A DNA stretch of 64,000 nt from an uncultured bacterium (GTDB lineage: Bacteria > Fermentibacterota > Fermentibacteria > Fermentibacterales > Fermentibacteraceae), in the NCBI GenBank assembly GCA_964603785.1, contig CAZRWD010000003.1, forward strand, positions 142,716 to 206,715, written 5' to 3'. Positions 16,705 to 26,216 of this stretch are shown piece by piece. A program made the position numbers and the translations under genes. The notes under the pieces are model-generated. The model saw only the letters and a list, made by a program, of their open reading frames with translations. It searched no databases and was not told the origin of the DNA. Each line of letters opens with the position of its first letter. Within the stretch, counting starts at the first letter, position 1.

Positions 16705-16726
16705 CGCACTCTCCCTTCAGGACCCT

Positions 16727-17116
16727 TCAGCGGCTCCTGCCGCGGAAGATCCTCTTGAGGATGCCGACGCGCCGCGGGCGGGAGAGCCTCTCGAGGCTCC
16801 TGCGCTCCGACTCGCGCGCATTCTCGTCCTCTATCGCCTTCAGGAGCTTCTCGACATTCTCCCTGTCCTCGAGCATCCTGACGAACCTGTAGTACTCGCC
16901 GGACTCCACGACGAGCGAGACCATGGGGTTGAGGAAGACCAGGAACTGGTTGCCGAGGAAGGAGAGGGGCTTGACCGACTCGAGGAAGACGATGGCCGGC
17001 ACGGTCAGCTCGCGCGCCACGATCGCCCTCGCTATCCTCCCGATCAGATCGTCGAAGCACTCGGCCGGCTGGTCAGCCGCTTCGTCCGCCCACAGACCTG
17101 TCCCTGACGAACGCAA
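16727..17116 (-). CDS. Hypothetical small protein
   Basis: Protein-like composition (ELTVPAIVFLESVKPLSFLGNQFLVFLNPMV...), unlike the overlapping Arg-rich frame. The 5' end overlaps the preceding small gene by about 44 nt, so the true start is probably internal. Confidence 0.3.
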   Translation of the reverse strand: MRSSGTGLWADEAADQPAECFDDLIGRIARAIVARELTVPAIVFLESVKPLSFLGNQFLVFLNPMVSLVVESGEYYRFVRMLEDRENVEKLLKAIEDENARESERRSLERLSRPRRVGILKRIFRGRSR

Positions 17117-17513
17117 TTACTTCCTCCCTGTTCTCCGGTGAGAACTGCACGGAGAGCCCCCTGAACCTGGCCAGCCTGGTCGGCCCGGGGAAGGGGCTGA
17201 GGAGCATGCCGCGCGGGTCGGTGTAGAAGCTCCTCACCTCGCTCCACCTCCGCCGCTCGGTCCCGAACACGGACCTCTTGGCCACCCCCTCCTCGTCCAT
17301 GCGGTAGGAGGTGGGCAGGATGAAGCTCCACAGCGAGAGGCACAGGAGCGAGAAGCCCACCAGGCCCCACCATGCGCTCCCTCCGTAGACAGATGCGAGG
17401 ACGGAGGCAGCGAGCATTATAACCGCGAGGGCCAGCGCTGCCAGTGGACGCTCCCGGGCCGGGTGGGACCGCCACTCGAGGGTCCCGGGCACCTGTGTCA
17501 GATCCTCTCCCAT
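17073..17513 (-). CDS. Small membrane protein with two TM helices and a PH-like (bPH/DUF304-type) C-terminal domain
   Basis: Hidden in the 3' part of a long spurious ORF (17073..18734). The ATG at 17511-17513 (MGEDLTQ...) follows the gcvPB stop. Two TM helices (LAALALAVIMLAASVLASVY and WWGLVGFSLLCLSLWSFIL), then a soluble domain of about 75 aa. Confidence 0.4.
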   Translation of the reverse strand: MGEDLTQVPGTLEWRSHPARERPLAALALAVIMLAASVLASVYGGSAWWGLVGFSLLCLSLWSFILPTSYRMDEEGVAKRSVFGTERRRWSEVRSFYTDPRGMLLSPFPGPTRLARFRGLSVQFSPENREEVIAFVRDRSVGGRSG

Positions 17514-18958
17514 CCCTCGGCCAGGTCCAGATCCTTCACCGCCTTCACCTCGTCCAGCCTCAGCACCGGCGTGTTGACCGGGGCGTCGGTGACGAGGTGC
17601 GGCTTCTCGAGGACCTCGGCGGCTATCCCCGTCATGGCGGCGGCGAAGGAGTCGAGCGACTCCAGGCTCTCGGTCTCCGTCGGCTCGATCATCATCGCCT
17701 CGTGGACTATGAGGGGGAAGTAGATCGTCGGGGCATGGAAACCGTAGTCGAGCAGCCTCTTGGCCATGTCCAGCGTCTTCACGCCCCTTGCGAGCTGCCT
17801 GTCCCCCGACAGCACGAACTCGTGCATGCAGGGGCCGTGGTCGAAGGGAAGGTCGAAGTGCTCCCTGAGTATGACCTTCAGGTAGTTCGCGTTGAGGAGC
17901 GCCGTCTCGGAGACCTCCCGCAGCCCCCCGGCCCCGAGTGTCCGGATGTACGCCCAGGCGCGGACGAGCACGCCGAACTGGCCGTGGAAGGCGAGGAGCC
18001 TGCCCAGCGAGGCCGGATCGTGATCGCGGAAGGCAGCCCGCCCGTCCCCGCCCCTGACGACGACCGGGTCGGGCAGGTACCTGCCGAGGAAGTCCCTGCA
18101 GGCCACGGGGCCCGAACCGGGACCGCCCCCGCCGTGGGGGGTCGAGAAGGTCTTGTGGAGGTTCAGGTGGCAGACGTCGAACCCCATGTCCCCGGGGCGG
18201 GCTATGCCGAGGAGGGCGTTCATGTTGGCCCCGTCCATGTAGCAGAGGCCCCCGGCATCGTGCACGATCCTGGTTATCTCCCCGATCCTCGACTCGAATA
18301 TCCCTAGCGTGTTGGGATTGGTTAGCATGAGGGCCGCGGTGCGGGGGCCGGCCTTGGCGGCCAGGTCCTCTAGGTCGACCTCGCCCCTCGAATCCGATTT
18401 CACGCTCACGATCCCGAAGCCCGCGAGGGTGCAGCTGGCCGGATTGGTCCCGTGGGCCGAGTCGGGCATGAGCACCTCGGTCCTGCCCTCGTCGCCCCTC
18501 TCGAGATGCCACCGCCTTATCAGCAGGAGGCCGGTCAGCTCGCCCTGGGCGCCCGCGGCCGGCTGGAGCGTGACCTGGTCGAAGCCCGTGATCTCCGCGA
18601 GGAATCCGCTGAGCTGGAGCATCAGCTCGAGGGCGCCGCGGCAGTGCGCGGCGGGCGTCAGCGGGTGGAGGCCGGAGAAGCCCTCGAGCCTGGCCAGGTC
18701 CTCGTTCAGCTTGGGATTGTACTTCATCGTGCACGAGCCGAGCGGGTAGAGCCCCTTGTCGACATGGTAGTTGCGGGTGCTGAGGTTGACGAAGTGCCTC
18801 ACGGCCTGTGACTCGCTCACCTGCGGCAGCCCGACGGGCCCCTCCCTGAGGGCTCCGGTGCCGAACAGGGCGGCGGGATCGACGGACGGTACGTCCAGGG
18901 GTGGGAGGTCGATGCCCTTCCTGCCGCAGCAGCTCTTCGCGAATATCGTCTCGTGCAT
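17498..18958 (-). CDS. gcvPB: Glycine dehydrogenase (decarboxylating) subunit 2
   Basis: Conserved GcvPB sequence (CTMKYNPK...HLNLHKTFSTPHGGGGPG...). Start trimmed to MHETIFAK, adjacent to the gcvPA stop. Confidence 0.9.
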   Translation of the reverse strand: MHETIFAKSCCGRKGIDLPPLDVPSVDPAALFGTGALREGPVGLPQVSESQAVRHFVNLSTRNYHVDKGLYPLGSCTMKYNPKLNEDLARLEGFSGLHPLTPAAHCRGALELMLQLSGFLAEITGFDQVTLQPAAGAQGELTGLLLIRRWHLERGDEGRTEVLMPDSAHGTNPASCTLAGFGIVSVKSDSRGEVDLEDLAAKAGPRTAALMLTNPNTLGIFESRIGEITRIVHDAGGLCYMDGANMNALLGIARPGDMGFDVCHLNLHKTFSTPHGGGGPGSGPVACRDFLGRYLPDPVVVRGGDGRAAFRDHDPASLGRLLAFHGQFGVLVRAWAYIRTLGAGGLREVSETALLNANYLKVILREHFDLPFDHGPCMHEFVLSGDRQLARGVKTLDMAKRLLDYGFHAPTIYFPLIVHEAMMIEPTETESLESLDSFAAAMTGIAAEVLEKPHLVTDAPVNTPVLRLDEVKAVKDLDLAEGWERI

Positions 18959-18959
18959 C

Positions 18960-20300
18960 TCAGCCCCTCCCTGCCGCGGAGGCCGCCGCATCGACCAGCC
19001 CGTCCATCTCGGCTCGGGTGCGCTTCTCGGTCACGGCGGTGAGGAGGGCTCCGGGACCCAGCGAGGGCACCGGCACCCCGGCGAGATAGCCGGCGGAGGC
19101 GGCGGCATCGAGAACCCGGCCGGCGCCGCAGGAGTAGTCGAGCACGAACTCCCTGAAGAAGGGGGCCTCGAACACCTTCCTGACGCCCGGCAGGGCGGCG
19201 AGCCTGTCGTGCAGGTATCGCGCCTTCGAGAGGCACTGGTGGGCGATGGCGCTGAAGCCCGCCTCTCCGGCGAGCGAGAGGTGTACCGTGGTCGCGAGGG
19301 CCATCAGGGCCTCGTTTGTGCAGATGTTGCTGGTGGCCTTCTCCCTGCGGATGTGCTGCTCCCTGGTCTGGAGGGTGAGCACGTAGCCCGTCTGGCCCGC
19401 CCTGTCCTCGGTCCTCCCTATGATCCTGCCCGGCATGTTGCGCACGAGCTCCTTCCTCGCGGCCATGAAGCCGGCGTAGGGCCCGCCGAACGACATGGGG
19501 ATGCCGAGGCTCTGCCCCTCGCCCACCGCGATGTCGGCTCCCGCGGCTCCGGGGCTCCTGAGGACGGCTGCGGCGACGGGATCGATGCACGCGACGAGGA
19601 GGGCGCCGTGCCCGTGGCACAGAGCGGCTGCCGCGGAGACGTCCTCGACCAGCCCGAAGTAGTTCGGCTGCTGGACGAGGAGCGCGGCGGCCCCGTCGAT
19701 GGCCGGGGAGACCGAGTCGAGGTCTAGCAGGCCGTCAGGGCGGACGGGGACCGGGACCGTCTCGAAGCCGCCCTGGGAGAGGTAGCTCCCGATGACCTCG
19801 AGATACCTGGGATTGAGCGATGCGGGCAGCAGCACCCTGTTCCTGCGGGTCACCCTCATGGCCATGAGGGCGGCCTCTGCCGCTGCGCTCGCCCCGTCGT
19901 ACATGGAGGCGTTCGCGCAGTCCAGCCCGCAGATGCGGGCGATCATCGTCTGATACTCGTATATGCACTGCAGGGTGCCCTGGCTGACCTCCGCCTGGTA
20001 CGGAGTGTACGCGGTGTAGAACTCGCTCCGGAGGAGGATGTGGTCCACCGCGGCCGGCACGAAGTGGTCGTAGGCCCCGGACCCGGCGAAGCAGACGAGC
20101 CTCGCGCCGGTGTTGGCTTCGGCCAGTGCGCGGGCTTCGCGGCCCAGTTCCAGCTCGGAGGCCGCTGCGGGGAGCGAGAGCGGACGGTCCAGCCTGACTT
20201 CGGGCGGGACCGGTTCTGCGAGGTCTGCGACCGAGCGCACCCCGATCCTGTCGAGCATGCGCTCCCTGTCCGCCCCGAGGATGGAGATGAACCTGCTCAT
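18960..20300 (-). CDS. gcvPA: Glycine dehydrogenase (decarboxylating) subunit 1
   Basis: GcvPA hallmarks (FLGAGAYDHFVPAAV...SEFYTAYTPYQAEVSQGTLQ). Confidence 0.9.
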   Translation of the reverse strand: MSRFISILGADRERMLDRIGVRSVADLAEPVPPEVRLDRPLSLPAAASELELGREARALAEANTGARLVCFAGSGAYDHFVPAAVDHILLRSEFYTAYTPYQAEVSQGTLQCIYEYQTMIARICGLDCANASMYDGASAAAEAALMAMRVTRRNRVLLPASLNPRYLEVIGSYLSQGGFETVPVPVRPDGLLDLDSVSPAIDGAAALLVQQPNYFGLVEDVSAAAALCHGHGALLVACIDPVAAAVLRSPGAAGADIAVGEGQSLGIPMSFGGPYAGFMAARKELVRNMPGRIIGRTEDRAGQTGYVLTLQTREQHIRREKATSNICTNEALMALATTVHLSLAGEAGFSAIAHQCLSKARYLHDRLAALPGVRKVFEAPFFREFVLDYSCGAGRVLDAAASAGYLAGVPVPSLGPGALLTAVTEKRTRAEMDGLVDAAASAAGRG

Positions 20301-20307
20301 GCCGCGG

Positions 20308-20694
20308 CTACTCCCCTGCCAGCTCTCCGTAGCGGGCCGCGGTCAGCAGATCCTCGAACTGCCCCGCGTCCGAGGGCTGTATCCTGACGAGCCAGCCCTC
20401 CCCGTAGCAGTCGCGGTTCACGAGGCCCGGGTCGGACTCCAGGGCGGGGTTGACCTCGACGATCCTGCCGTCGACGGGCGCATAGAAGTCCTCCGCCGTC
20501 TTGACGGCCTCGAGGACCCCCAGGCTGTCCTTCCTGCGGACCTCCCTGCCCGCCGCGGGGAGCTCCACCATCACTATCTCGCCCATCTGCTCCTGCGCAT
20601 GATCGGTGACGCCCATGGCCAGGCGGCCGTCGGCCTCCCTCCTGATCCACTCGTGGCTCTCGGTGTACCTGAGGTCAGCGGGAATGGCGCTCAT
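20308..20694 (-). CDS. gcvH: Glycine cleavage system H protein
   Basis: Lipoyl-lysine motif LEAVKTAED and the typical 128-aa H-protein fold signature (YTESHEWI). Confidence 0.9.
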   Translation of the reverse strand: MSAIPADLRYTESHEWIRREADGRLAMGVTDHAQEQMGEIVMVELPAAGREVRRKDSLGVLEAVKTAEDFYAPVDGRIVEVNPALESDPGLVNRDCYGEGWLVRIQPSDAGQFEDLLTAARYGELAGE

Positions 20695-20727
20695 TCCTCG
20701 ACTCCTTCCGTGGGGACCGGTCCCCTG

Positions 20728-21828
20728 CTACTGCCTGCGGCTGCCGGTCGTGTAGAACGGCAGCTTGACTATCGTGACGGGCACCCTCCTGCCCCTGATG
20801 TCGGCCTCGAGGGTCGTGCCCGATCTGGAGAGCTCCTTCTCCACATATGCGAGACCCACCGACGAGTTGAGAGCCGGGGCCAGCGTTCCGCTGGTGACCG
20901 TCCCGACCATCTTCTCGCCCTGGAATATCTCGGTGCCGTGGCGGATGATGCCCCTCCCCCCCACGGACAGCCCGACGAGGGTCCGGGAGACGCCCTCCTC
21001 CTTCTGCCTCTGGAGGACCTCCCTGCCTATGAACTCCTTCCCGGAGGCGAGCTTGACCACCCATCCCAGCCTGGCTTCGATGGGTGACGTCGAATGATCT
21101 ATATCATTGCCGTACAATACATACCCAACCTCGAGCCTGAGGGTGTCCCGGGCTCCGAGGCCTATCGGCCGGATGCCCGAACCGGCACCGGCCTCCATGA
21201 CGGCGTCCCAGACCGCTGCGGCATCCCCGCCGGCCACGTAGAACTCGAATCCGTCCTCACCCGTGTACCCGGTGCGCGCGATGAGAGCCTCCCTGCCGGC
21301 AACCCTGCCGGTCTCGTGGGCGTAGTAGGGGATCTCCTCCAGGTCGGTCTTCGTGAGGAGCGAGGCGATCTTCTGGGCATCGGGCCCCTGCACGGCCACG
21401 AGTGCGGTGTCGTCGCTCTCGTTGGTTATCTCCACGCCGCAGGACCGAGAGTGGCTGGTGACCCAGGCCCAGTCCTTCTCGATGTTGGACGCGTTGACGA
21501 CCATCAGGTACTCGTCGTCGGCCAGCCTGTACACGATCAGATCGTCGACGATGCCGCCGTCGGGGTAGCACATGGCGCTGTAGAAGGCCTTGCCGGGGGC
21601 GACGTCGGCGTTGTTGGTCAGCAGGCTCTCCAGGAACTCGAGCGATCCGGGCCCCTTGACCCTGAACTCGCCCATGTGGGAGAGATCGAACACCCCCGAT
21701 CCCCGCCTGACCGCCAGGTGCTCCTCGATGACGCTGCCGTAGTGGATCGGCATCAGGTAGCCGGCGAACGGCTCGATGTGGGCTCCGAGAGACACGTGCC
21801 TGTCATGGAGAGGCGTTCTCTTGTCCAT
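20728..21828 (-). CDS. gcvT: Aminomethyltransferase (glycine cleavage T protein)
   Basis: GcvT motifs (TPLHDRHVSLGA...FAGYLMPIHYGS...FDLSHMGEF). First gene of the gcvT-H-PA-PB operon. Confidence 0.9.
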   Translation of the reverse strand: MDKRTPLHDRHVSLGAHIEPFAGYLMPIHYGSVIEEHLAVRRGSGVFDLSHMGEFRVKGPGSLEFLESLLTNNADVAPGKAFYSAMCYPDGGIVDDLIVYRLADDEYLMVVNASNIEKDWAWVTSHSRSCGVEITNESDDTALVAVQGPDAQKIASLLTKTDLEEIPYYAHETGRVAGREALIARTGYTGEDGFEFYVAGGDAAAVWDAVMEAGAGSGIRPIGLGARDTLRLEVGYVLYGNDIDHSTSPIEARLGWVVKLASGKEFIGREVLQRQKEEGVSRTLVGLSVGGRGIIRHGTEIFQGEKMVGTVTSGTLAPALNSSVGLAYVEKELSRSGTTLEADIRGRRVPVTIVKLPFYTTGSRRQ

Positions 21829-21895
21829 CGCTTATCTTCTCCCTGGAATCGGAGTAAAACCCTGTCGAATCTACTTCCGCCCGGAGGGGTGTGCA

Positions 21896-22492
21896 ATGCG
21901 GGCCAGGGGCGTCGATCGAAGGCGTCTTCGTGTTGCCCCGGAGGAGCATCCGTTTCCACCAGGGGATACGCGCAGCCTGGAGTCGGCGGCCAGGGCCTGG
22001 CTCCTGCGGCGGGGGGTGCCGTGCTGGACCTGCCCCGCCGGACCGGGCACCCGGGGGAGGTACGGACTCCTCCTGCACGGCGGCAGGAGGGTCCTCGTCG
22101 GACCCTGGCCCATCCCCGGATTCTCTCTCGAGGAGATGATCCAGGCCAGGTGCGACTTCCTCCTGGCGGTCTCCGGGGAGGGAGGGGATGCGCGTCCGGC
22201 GGGCTTCGTCACCCTCGCCGACATCGCGGGCACTTCACAGCCCTGGACGAGGCCGGACCTGTCGGCATCCGGCTCCAGGCCCCCCGAGGACCTCCCGGCG
22301 ATGGTCGGCAGACCCTCCAGGCCTGGACCTGCCTTCCTCGCGGGTTCGCTCCGGCTTCTGCTCCTCGGGGAGCCTCCGCCCCCGCCCCCCGGCGACTGGA
22401 GCGGCCTGGAGCCCCTCCAGCCGGTTCCCGCAGCCACTCAGAGCCCGGGGCAGGATGCGGCTATCTCTTCCGATATACCCTTGTCGCCGTAG
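21896..22492 (+). CDS. Hypothetical Pro/Arg-rich protein (doubtful)
   Basis: ATG preceded by a GGAGGGG ribosome-binding site. GC3-rich, but low-complexity and disordered-looking. It is the only candidate in a 600-bp gap and may be spurious. Confidence 0.2.
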   Translation: MRARGVDRRRLRVAPEEHPFPPGDTRSLESAARAWLLRRGVPCWTCPAGPGTRGRYGLLLHGGRRVLVGPWPIPGFSLEEMIQARCDFLLAVSGEGGDARPAGFVTLADIAGTSQPWTRPDLSASGSRPPEDLPAMVGRPSRPGPAFLAGSLRLLLLGEPPPPPPGDWSGLEPLQPVPAATQSPGQDAAISSDIPLSP

Positions 22493-24090
22493 GCCTTCTT
22501 GAAGTGCGCGGCGAATTCGGCCGCGAGCTTCCGAGCCCTCTCCTCGTATGCCCCCCTGTCGGCCCAGGTGTTGGCGGGTTTCAGAACCGTGCAGTCCTCG
22601 AGCCCCGGGCACGATGTCGGGACGAGGACCTTGAACCACGGGTCGACCTCGCACTCGATCCCTTCCAGAGCCCCTGACAGGGCTGCCGAGACCATCCTCC
22701 TGGTGAGCGTGATGTCCATCCGCCTGCCCGTTCCGAACGGGCCGCCGCTCCAGCCGGTGTTCACCAGGTAGACCGTGGTGCCGTGCGAATCGAGCTTCCT
22801 TCCCAGCATGGAGGCGTAGATGTCCGGGTTCAGCGGCATGAACGGCTCGCCGAAGAACCGGGAGAAGGTGCTCCTGGGCTCCACTATGCCCGTCTCGGTG
22901 CCTGCCAGCTTGCTCGTGTAGCCCATCAGGAACCAGAGCATCGCCTGCGACCTGGTGAGCTTCGCCAGCGGGGGCAGGACGCCGTTCGCGTCGGCCGTCA
23001 GGAACAGGATGGTGCGGGGGTGGCCCGAGACGGGGGGCTCCTTCACGTTGCTCAGGAAGCTCAGCGGGAAGGAGCCTCTCGAGTTGGGCGTGTAGCGCTC
23101 GTCATCGAGGTCGAAGCTCCCGTCCGGGTAGACCATGGCGTTCTCGATTATCGCTCCGTGCTCCGCGACGGGCGCATCGTGGAAGCAGGCCCTGTGGATC
23201 TCCGGCTCCTTGGCGGGGTTCAGGTTGACCAGCTTGGCGTAGCATCCGAACTCGTAGTTGCTTATCCCGTGGTCGTTCCAGCCGTGCTCGTCGTCGCCCA
23301 GCAGCGCCCTCTCCGGATCCGCCGAGAGGGTCGTCTTCCCCGTGCCCGAGAGGCCGAGGAGGAGCGCGCTGTCCCCTCCGGCGCCCTCGTTGGCGCTGCA
23401 GTGCAGGGAGAGAATCCCCTCGAGGGGCAGGAGATAGTTCATCACGGTGAAGATCAGCTTCTTCACGCTGCCGCAGTAGGCCGAGCCGTAGACGACCCCG
23501 ATCATCCTGTCGAAGTCCATCCCTATGAACATGTCGGTCGTGCGGCCGCGCGCCGGGTCGACCCTGAGGCGCCCCTCGTACCTGGCGGGGTCGAGCTTGG
23601 AGTACGGCAGCACCACCAGGGTGAAGGGTCGGGTCGCGAAGATGCTCCGCGAGAGGAGACCGGCTTCGAAGGGCCTGAACATGTTGTAGGTGAAGAGAGT
23701 GCTGAGGGCCTTGTCGGACACCGTCCTCACGTGGAGGGTGTAGGACGGGTCGGCCCCCACCAGGCGGTCGGAGACGTAGAGCGATGCGGACCTCCCCAGG
23801 GCCCCGAGCGCATCCTCCAGGACCATGTCGAAGGTCGACTCGTCGACCGGTATGCAGTTCGGGCTGGTCCAGTCGATGTTGCCCTCGCTCGAGGGCCTCC
23901 TGACCATGACGGTGTCCTTCGGGCTGCGGCCGGTCGACTCGGGAGGCGTCCAGATGGCGAGGGCACCGCAGGCCATGGGCATGGCCTCCCTGTTCCCGAC
24001 CGCTTCACCAATGAGCTCGGCGCGGGGGATGTCGACCCTCACGCCCGGTCTCTTCTCGAGTAGCCCGGCTAGCCTTTCCTGGAAGCTCAT
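22438..24090 (-). CDS. pckA: Phosphoenolpyruvate carboxykinase (ATP)
   Basis: Trimmed to a 550-aa ATP-PEPCK from ATG at 24090 (MSFQERL). Kinase-1a motif GLSGTGKTT and conserved regions (GDDEHGW, YTSKLAGTE). Confidence 0.9.
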   Translation of the reverse strand: MSFQERLAGLLEKRPGVRVDIPRAELIGEAVGNREAMPMACGALAIWTPPESTGRSPKDTVMVRRPSSEGNIDWTSPNCIPVDESTFDMVLEDALGALGRSASLYVSDRLVGADPSYTLHVRTVSDKALSTLFTYNMFRPFEAGLLSRSIFATRPFTLVVLPYSKLDPARYEGRLRVDPARGRTTDMFIGMDFDRMIGVVYGSAYCGSVKKLIFTVMNYLLPLEGILSLHCSANEGAGGDSALLLGLSGTGKTTLSADPERALLGDDEHGWNDHGISNYEFGCYAKLVNLNPAKEPEIHRACFHDAPVAEHGAIIENAMVYPDGSFDLDDERYTPNSRGSFPLSFLSNVKEPPVSGHPRTILFLTADANGVLPPLAKLTRSQAMLWFLMGYTSKLAGTETGIVEPRSTFSRFFGEPFMPLNPDIYASMLGRKLDSHGTTVYLVNTGWSGGPFGTGRRMDITLTRRMVSAALSGALEGIECEVDPWFKVLVPTSCPGLEDCTVLKPANTWADRGAYEERARKLAAEFAAHFKKAYGDKGISEEIAASCPGL

Positions 24091-24108
24091 CTCTCCTCCC
24101 GGTGGTCT

Positions 24109-24939
24109 TTGCATTGCGCAGTACAAGGCCTCTTTGCGGCGTCCGGGAAGAATAAGGCAAAGGATGGCCCCCTGCCAGTAGGGCGCCGCGTGGCGCGCCC
24201 CTGCGCCCGCGGCTATCTTCCCGCTCGGCGGGACCGGAGAGGAGGCCATCTGAAGCTCATCCTGCTCGACGTCGACATGACCCTCCTGTCCACCAGGGGG
24301 GCGGGGGTGGCCTCGCTGGAGGCCGCCATGCAGGACGTCTTCGGTAGGAGCGGGGCCTTCTCCGGCGTGGAGTTCGCGGGGAGGACCGACAGGCTCATCT
24401 GCGAGGACGGGCTCTCCCGGGCGGGCCTCGACGACGGGCCCGCCAACATGGCCCGGCTGCGCGGGGCCTACGTGAGGAGGCTCGCCATGGTGCTCTCGGG
24501 AGGGTGGCCGGCGATGCCCCTCCCCGGCGTGAGATCCCTGCTCGACGAACTCAGCGCGAGGAGCGACGCCCTTTTCGGCCTGCTGACCGGTAACTGGACG
24601 GAGGGGGCCTGGCTGAAGCTCGCAGCATGCGGGCTGGACGGCTACTTCACCTTCGGCGCCTTCGCGGAGTGCGGGAGGACCAGGACCGAGCTGGTGCCCG
24701 AAGCCCTGAGGAGGGCCGAGGCGCTGTCGGGGCGGCGTTTCCACCCGGGGGACACCTGGGTCGTCGGAGACACGCCCCATGACATCTCCTGCGCTCTCGA
24801 CTGGGGACTGAGGTCCATAGCCGTCGCGACCGGGCCGTACGACCAGCCCGCGCTGTCGAGGTCCGGAGCCGAGGCCGTCCTGCCGACCCTCGAGGAGACG
24901 TCCGCCATCATGGGCATGATCTTCGGGTGTCCGTCGTGA
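24109..24939 (+). CDS. HAD-superfamily hydrolase
   Basis: HAD motif I DxDxT (LILLDVDMTLL) and motif IV (VVGDTPHD). The track start is a TTG only 19 nt from the divergent pckA start. The true start is probably near 24250, just after a GGAGAGGAGG ribosome-binding site. Confidence 0.6.
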   Translation: MHCAVQGLFAASGKNKAKDGPLPVGRRVARPCARGYLPARRDRRGGHLKLILLDVDMTLLSTRGAGVASLEAAMQDVFGRSGAFSGVEFAGRTDRLICEDGLSRAGLDDGPANMARLRGAYVRRLAMVLSGGWPAMPLPGVRSLLDELSARSDALFGLLTGNWTEGAWLKLAACGLDGYFTFGAFAECGRTRTELVPEALRRAEALSGRRFHPGDTWVVGDTPHDISCALDWGLRSIAVATGPYDQPALSRSGAEAVLPTLEETSAIMGMIFGCPS

Positions 24940-26216
24940 GGAGGGGACTCTCCCCGGCGCTCGCATGGCAGCTCTACGACTGCGCGGACTCGGCTTTCGT
25001 CACGACCGTCGTGGCCGCCGTGCTCCCGGTGTACTTCGCCTCGGTCGTCTGCACGGCCGGGGAGGTCGCCTTCTCGATCGGCCCCCTTTCGGTGGGCGGA
25101 AGCCCGACCTCTCTCTGGGGCTATGCCGTCGCCCTGGCCGCAGCGGTCGTCGCGGCGGTCTCGCCCGCGGCGGGAGCCCTGGCGGACGCCACCGGGAGGA
25201 AGAAGCTGCTCCTCGCCTGCTTCGCGTCCCTGGGGGTCGCATCGGCGGCGATGCTCTCCTTCTCCGGACCGGGGATGGTGCTCTACACACTCGCCTTCCT
25301 CGTCCTGGGGGACATCGGCTTCGCGGGAGGACAGGTCTTCTACAACGCCCTTCTGATGTCAGTGGCCCCGCCCTCGAAGCGCGATTCGGTGTCGGCGGGC
25401 GGCTTCGCCGCCGGATATCTGGGCGGGGGCCTCCTGCTCCTGGTCAACGTGATGATGATCTCGAAGCCCGGCATGTTCGGCCTGGCGGACGCGGCGGCCG
25501 CCTCCAGGGCGTCCTTCGCCACGGTCGCGGCCTGGTGGGCGCTCCTCTCGGTCCCCCTGCTCGTCTTCGTCCGGGAGGATAGGACCTCCGCGAGCGGCTT
25601 CGCCGAGGGCATGCGCAGGGCCCGGGGGATGCTGAGGTCGACCATGCGCGACATCCTCCGCAGGAGGAACCTGCTCACCTTCCTCGTCGCCTTCCTCCTC
25701 TACAACGACGGCATCCAGACCGTCATCCTCATGGCCACCGTATACGGGAGGGCCGATCTCGGGCTCGAGACCGGCGACCTGATCCTGGCGCTCCTCGTCA
25801 CACAGGCGGTGGGAGTTCCCGGCAGCTGGCTGTACGGGAGGGCGGCGACGAGGATCGGGGCCAGGAGGGCTATACTGGTAGGGATCGGGGCATATATTCT
25901 GATAGTCCTGTGGGCATTCCGAATGAACTCCGCGGCGGAGTTCACCGCGCTGGCGGCGCTGGTCGGCCTGGTGCAGGGCGGTCTGCAGGCGGTCAGCCGC
26001 AGCTTCTTCTCGCGGCTGGTCCCCGCGGGCATGGGAGCCGAGTACTTCGGGTTCTTCTCGGTCTCGACGAGGTTCGCGAGCATCTTCGGGCCCCTCCTGT
26101 TCGCGCTGGTGAGGGACCTGACCGGAAGCGGCAGGTCCGCCATACTCGCCGTGATCGTCCTCTTCTTGCTGGGAGGGGGTCTGATGCTCAGGGTCAGGGA
26201 GCCGGAGGAGGCATGA
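24927..26216 (+). CDS. MFS transporter (UMF1-like)
   Basis: Twelve or more hydrophobic helices and an MFS loop motif (ADATGRKK). GTG start overlaps the HAD gene stop. Confidence 0.7.
   Translation: MSVVRRGLSPALAWQLYDCADSAFVTTVVAAVLPVYFASVVCTAGEVAFSIGPLSVGGSPTSLWGYAVALAAAVVAAVSPAAGALADATGRKKLLLACFASLGVASAAMLSFSGPGMVLYTLAFLVLGDIGFAGGQVFYNALLMSVAPPSKRDSVSAGGFAAGYLGGGLLLLVNVMMISKPGMFGLADAAAASRASFATVAAWWALLSVPLLVFVREDRTSASGFAEGMRRARGMLRSTMRDILRRRNLLTFLVAFLLYNDGIQTVILMATVYGRADLGLETGDLILALLVTQAVGVPGSWLYGRAATRIGARRAILVGIGAYILIVLWAFRMNSAAEFTALAALVGLVQGGLQAVSRSFFSRLVPAGMGAEYFGFFSVSTRFASIFGPLLFALVRDLTGSGRSAILAVIVLFLLGGGLMLRVREPEEA

Noticed and set aside
17073-18734. 553-aa minus-strand ORF spanning gcvPB in another frame
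   Set aside because: The first about 400 codons are Arg/Gly/Pro noise overlapping the well-supported gcvPB frame. Only the final 146 codons, from the ATG at 17513 onwards, were kept as a separate small gene.
21829-21900. Glycine riboswitch in the gcvT leader
   Set aside because: Expected from general knowledge of gcvT operons, but the conserved aptamer motifs could not be recognised by eye in the minus-strand leader. Left as a check rather than a feature.
21871-22437. 188-aa minus-strand ORF in the gcvT-pckA gap
   Set aside because: Extremely Arg/Ser/Pro/Gly-rich with no hydrophobic core and no recognisable domain. Likely non-coding.
24965-25582. Arg-rich alternative-frame ORFs (24965..25582 plus strand, 25000..25290 minus strand) inside the MFS transporter gene
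   Set aside because: Runs of R/G/P are typical of off-frame translation of GC-rich coding DNA. The MFS frame shows 12 TM helices.
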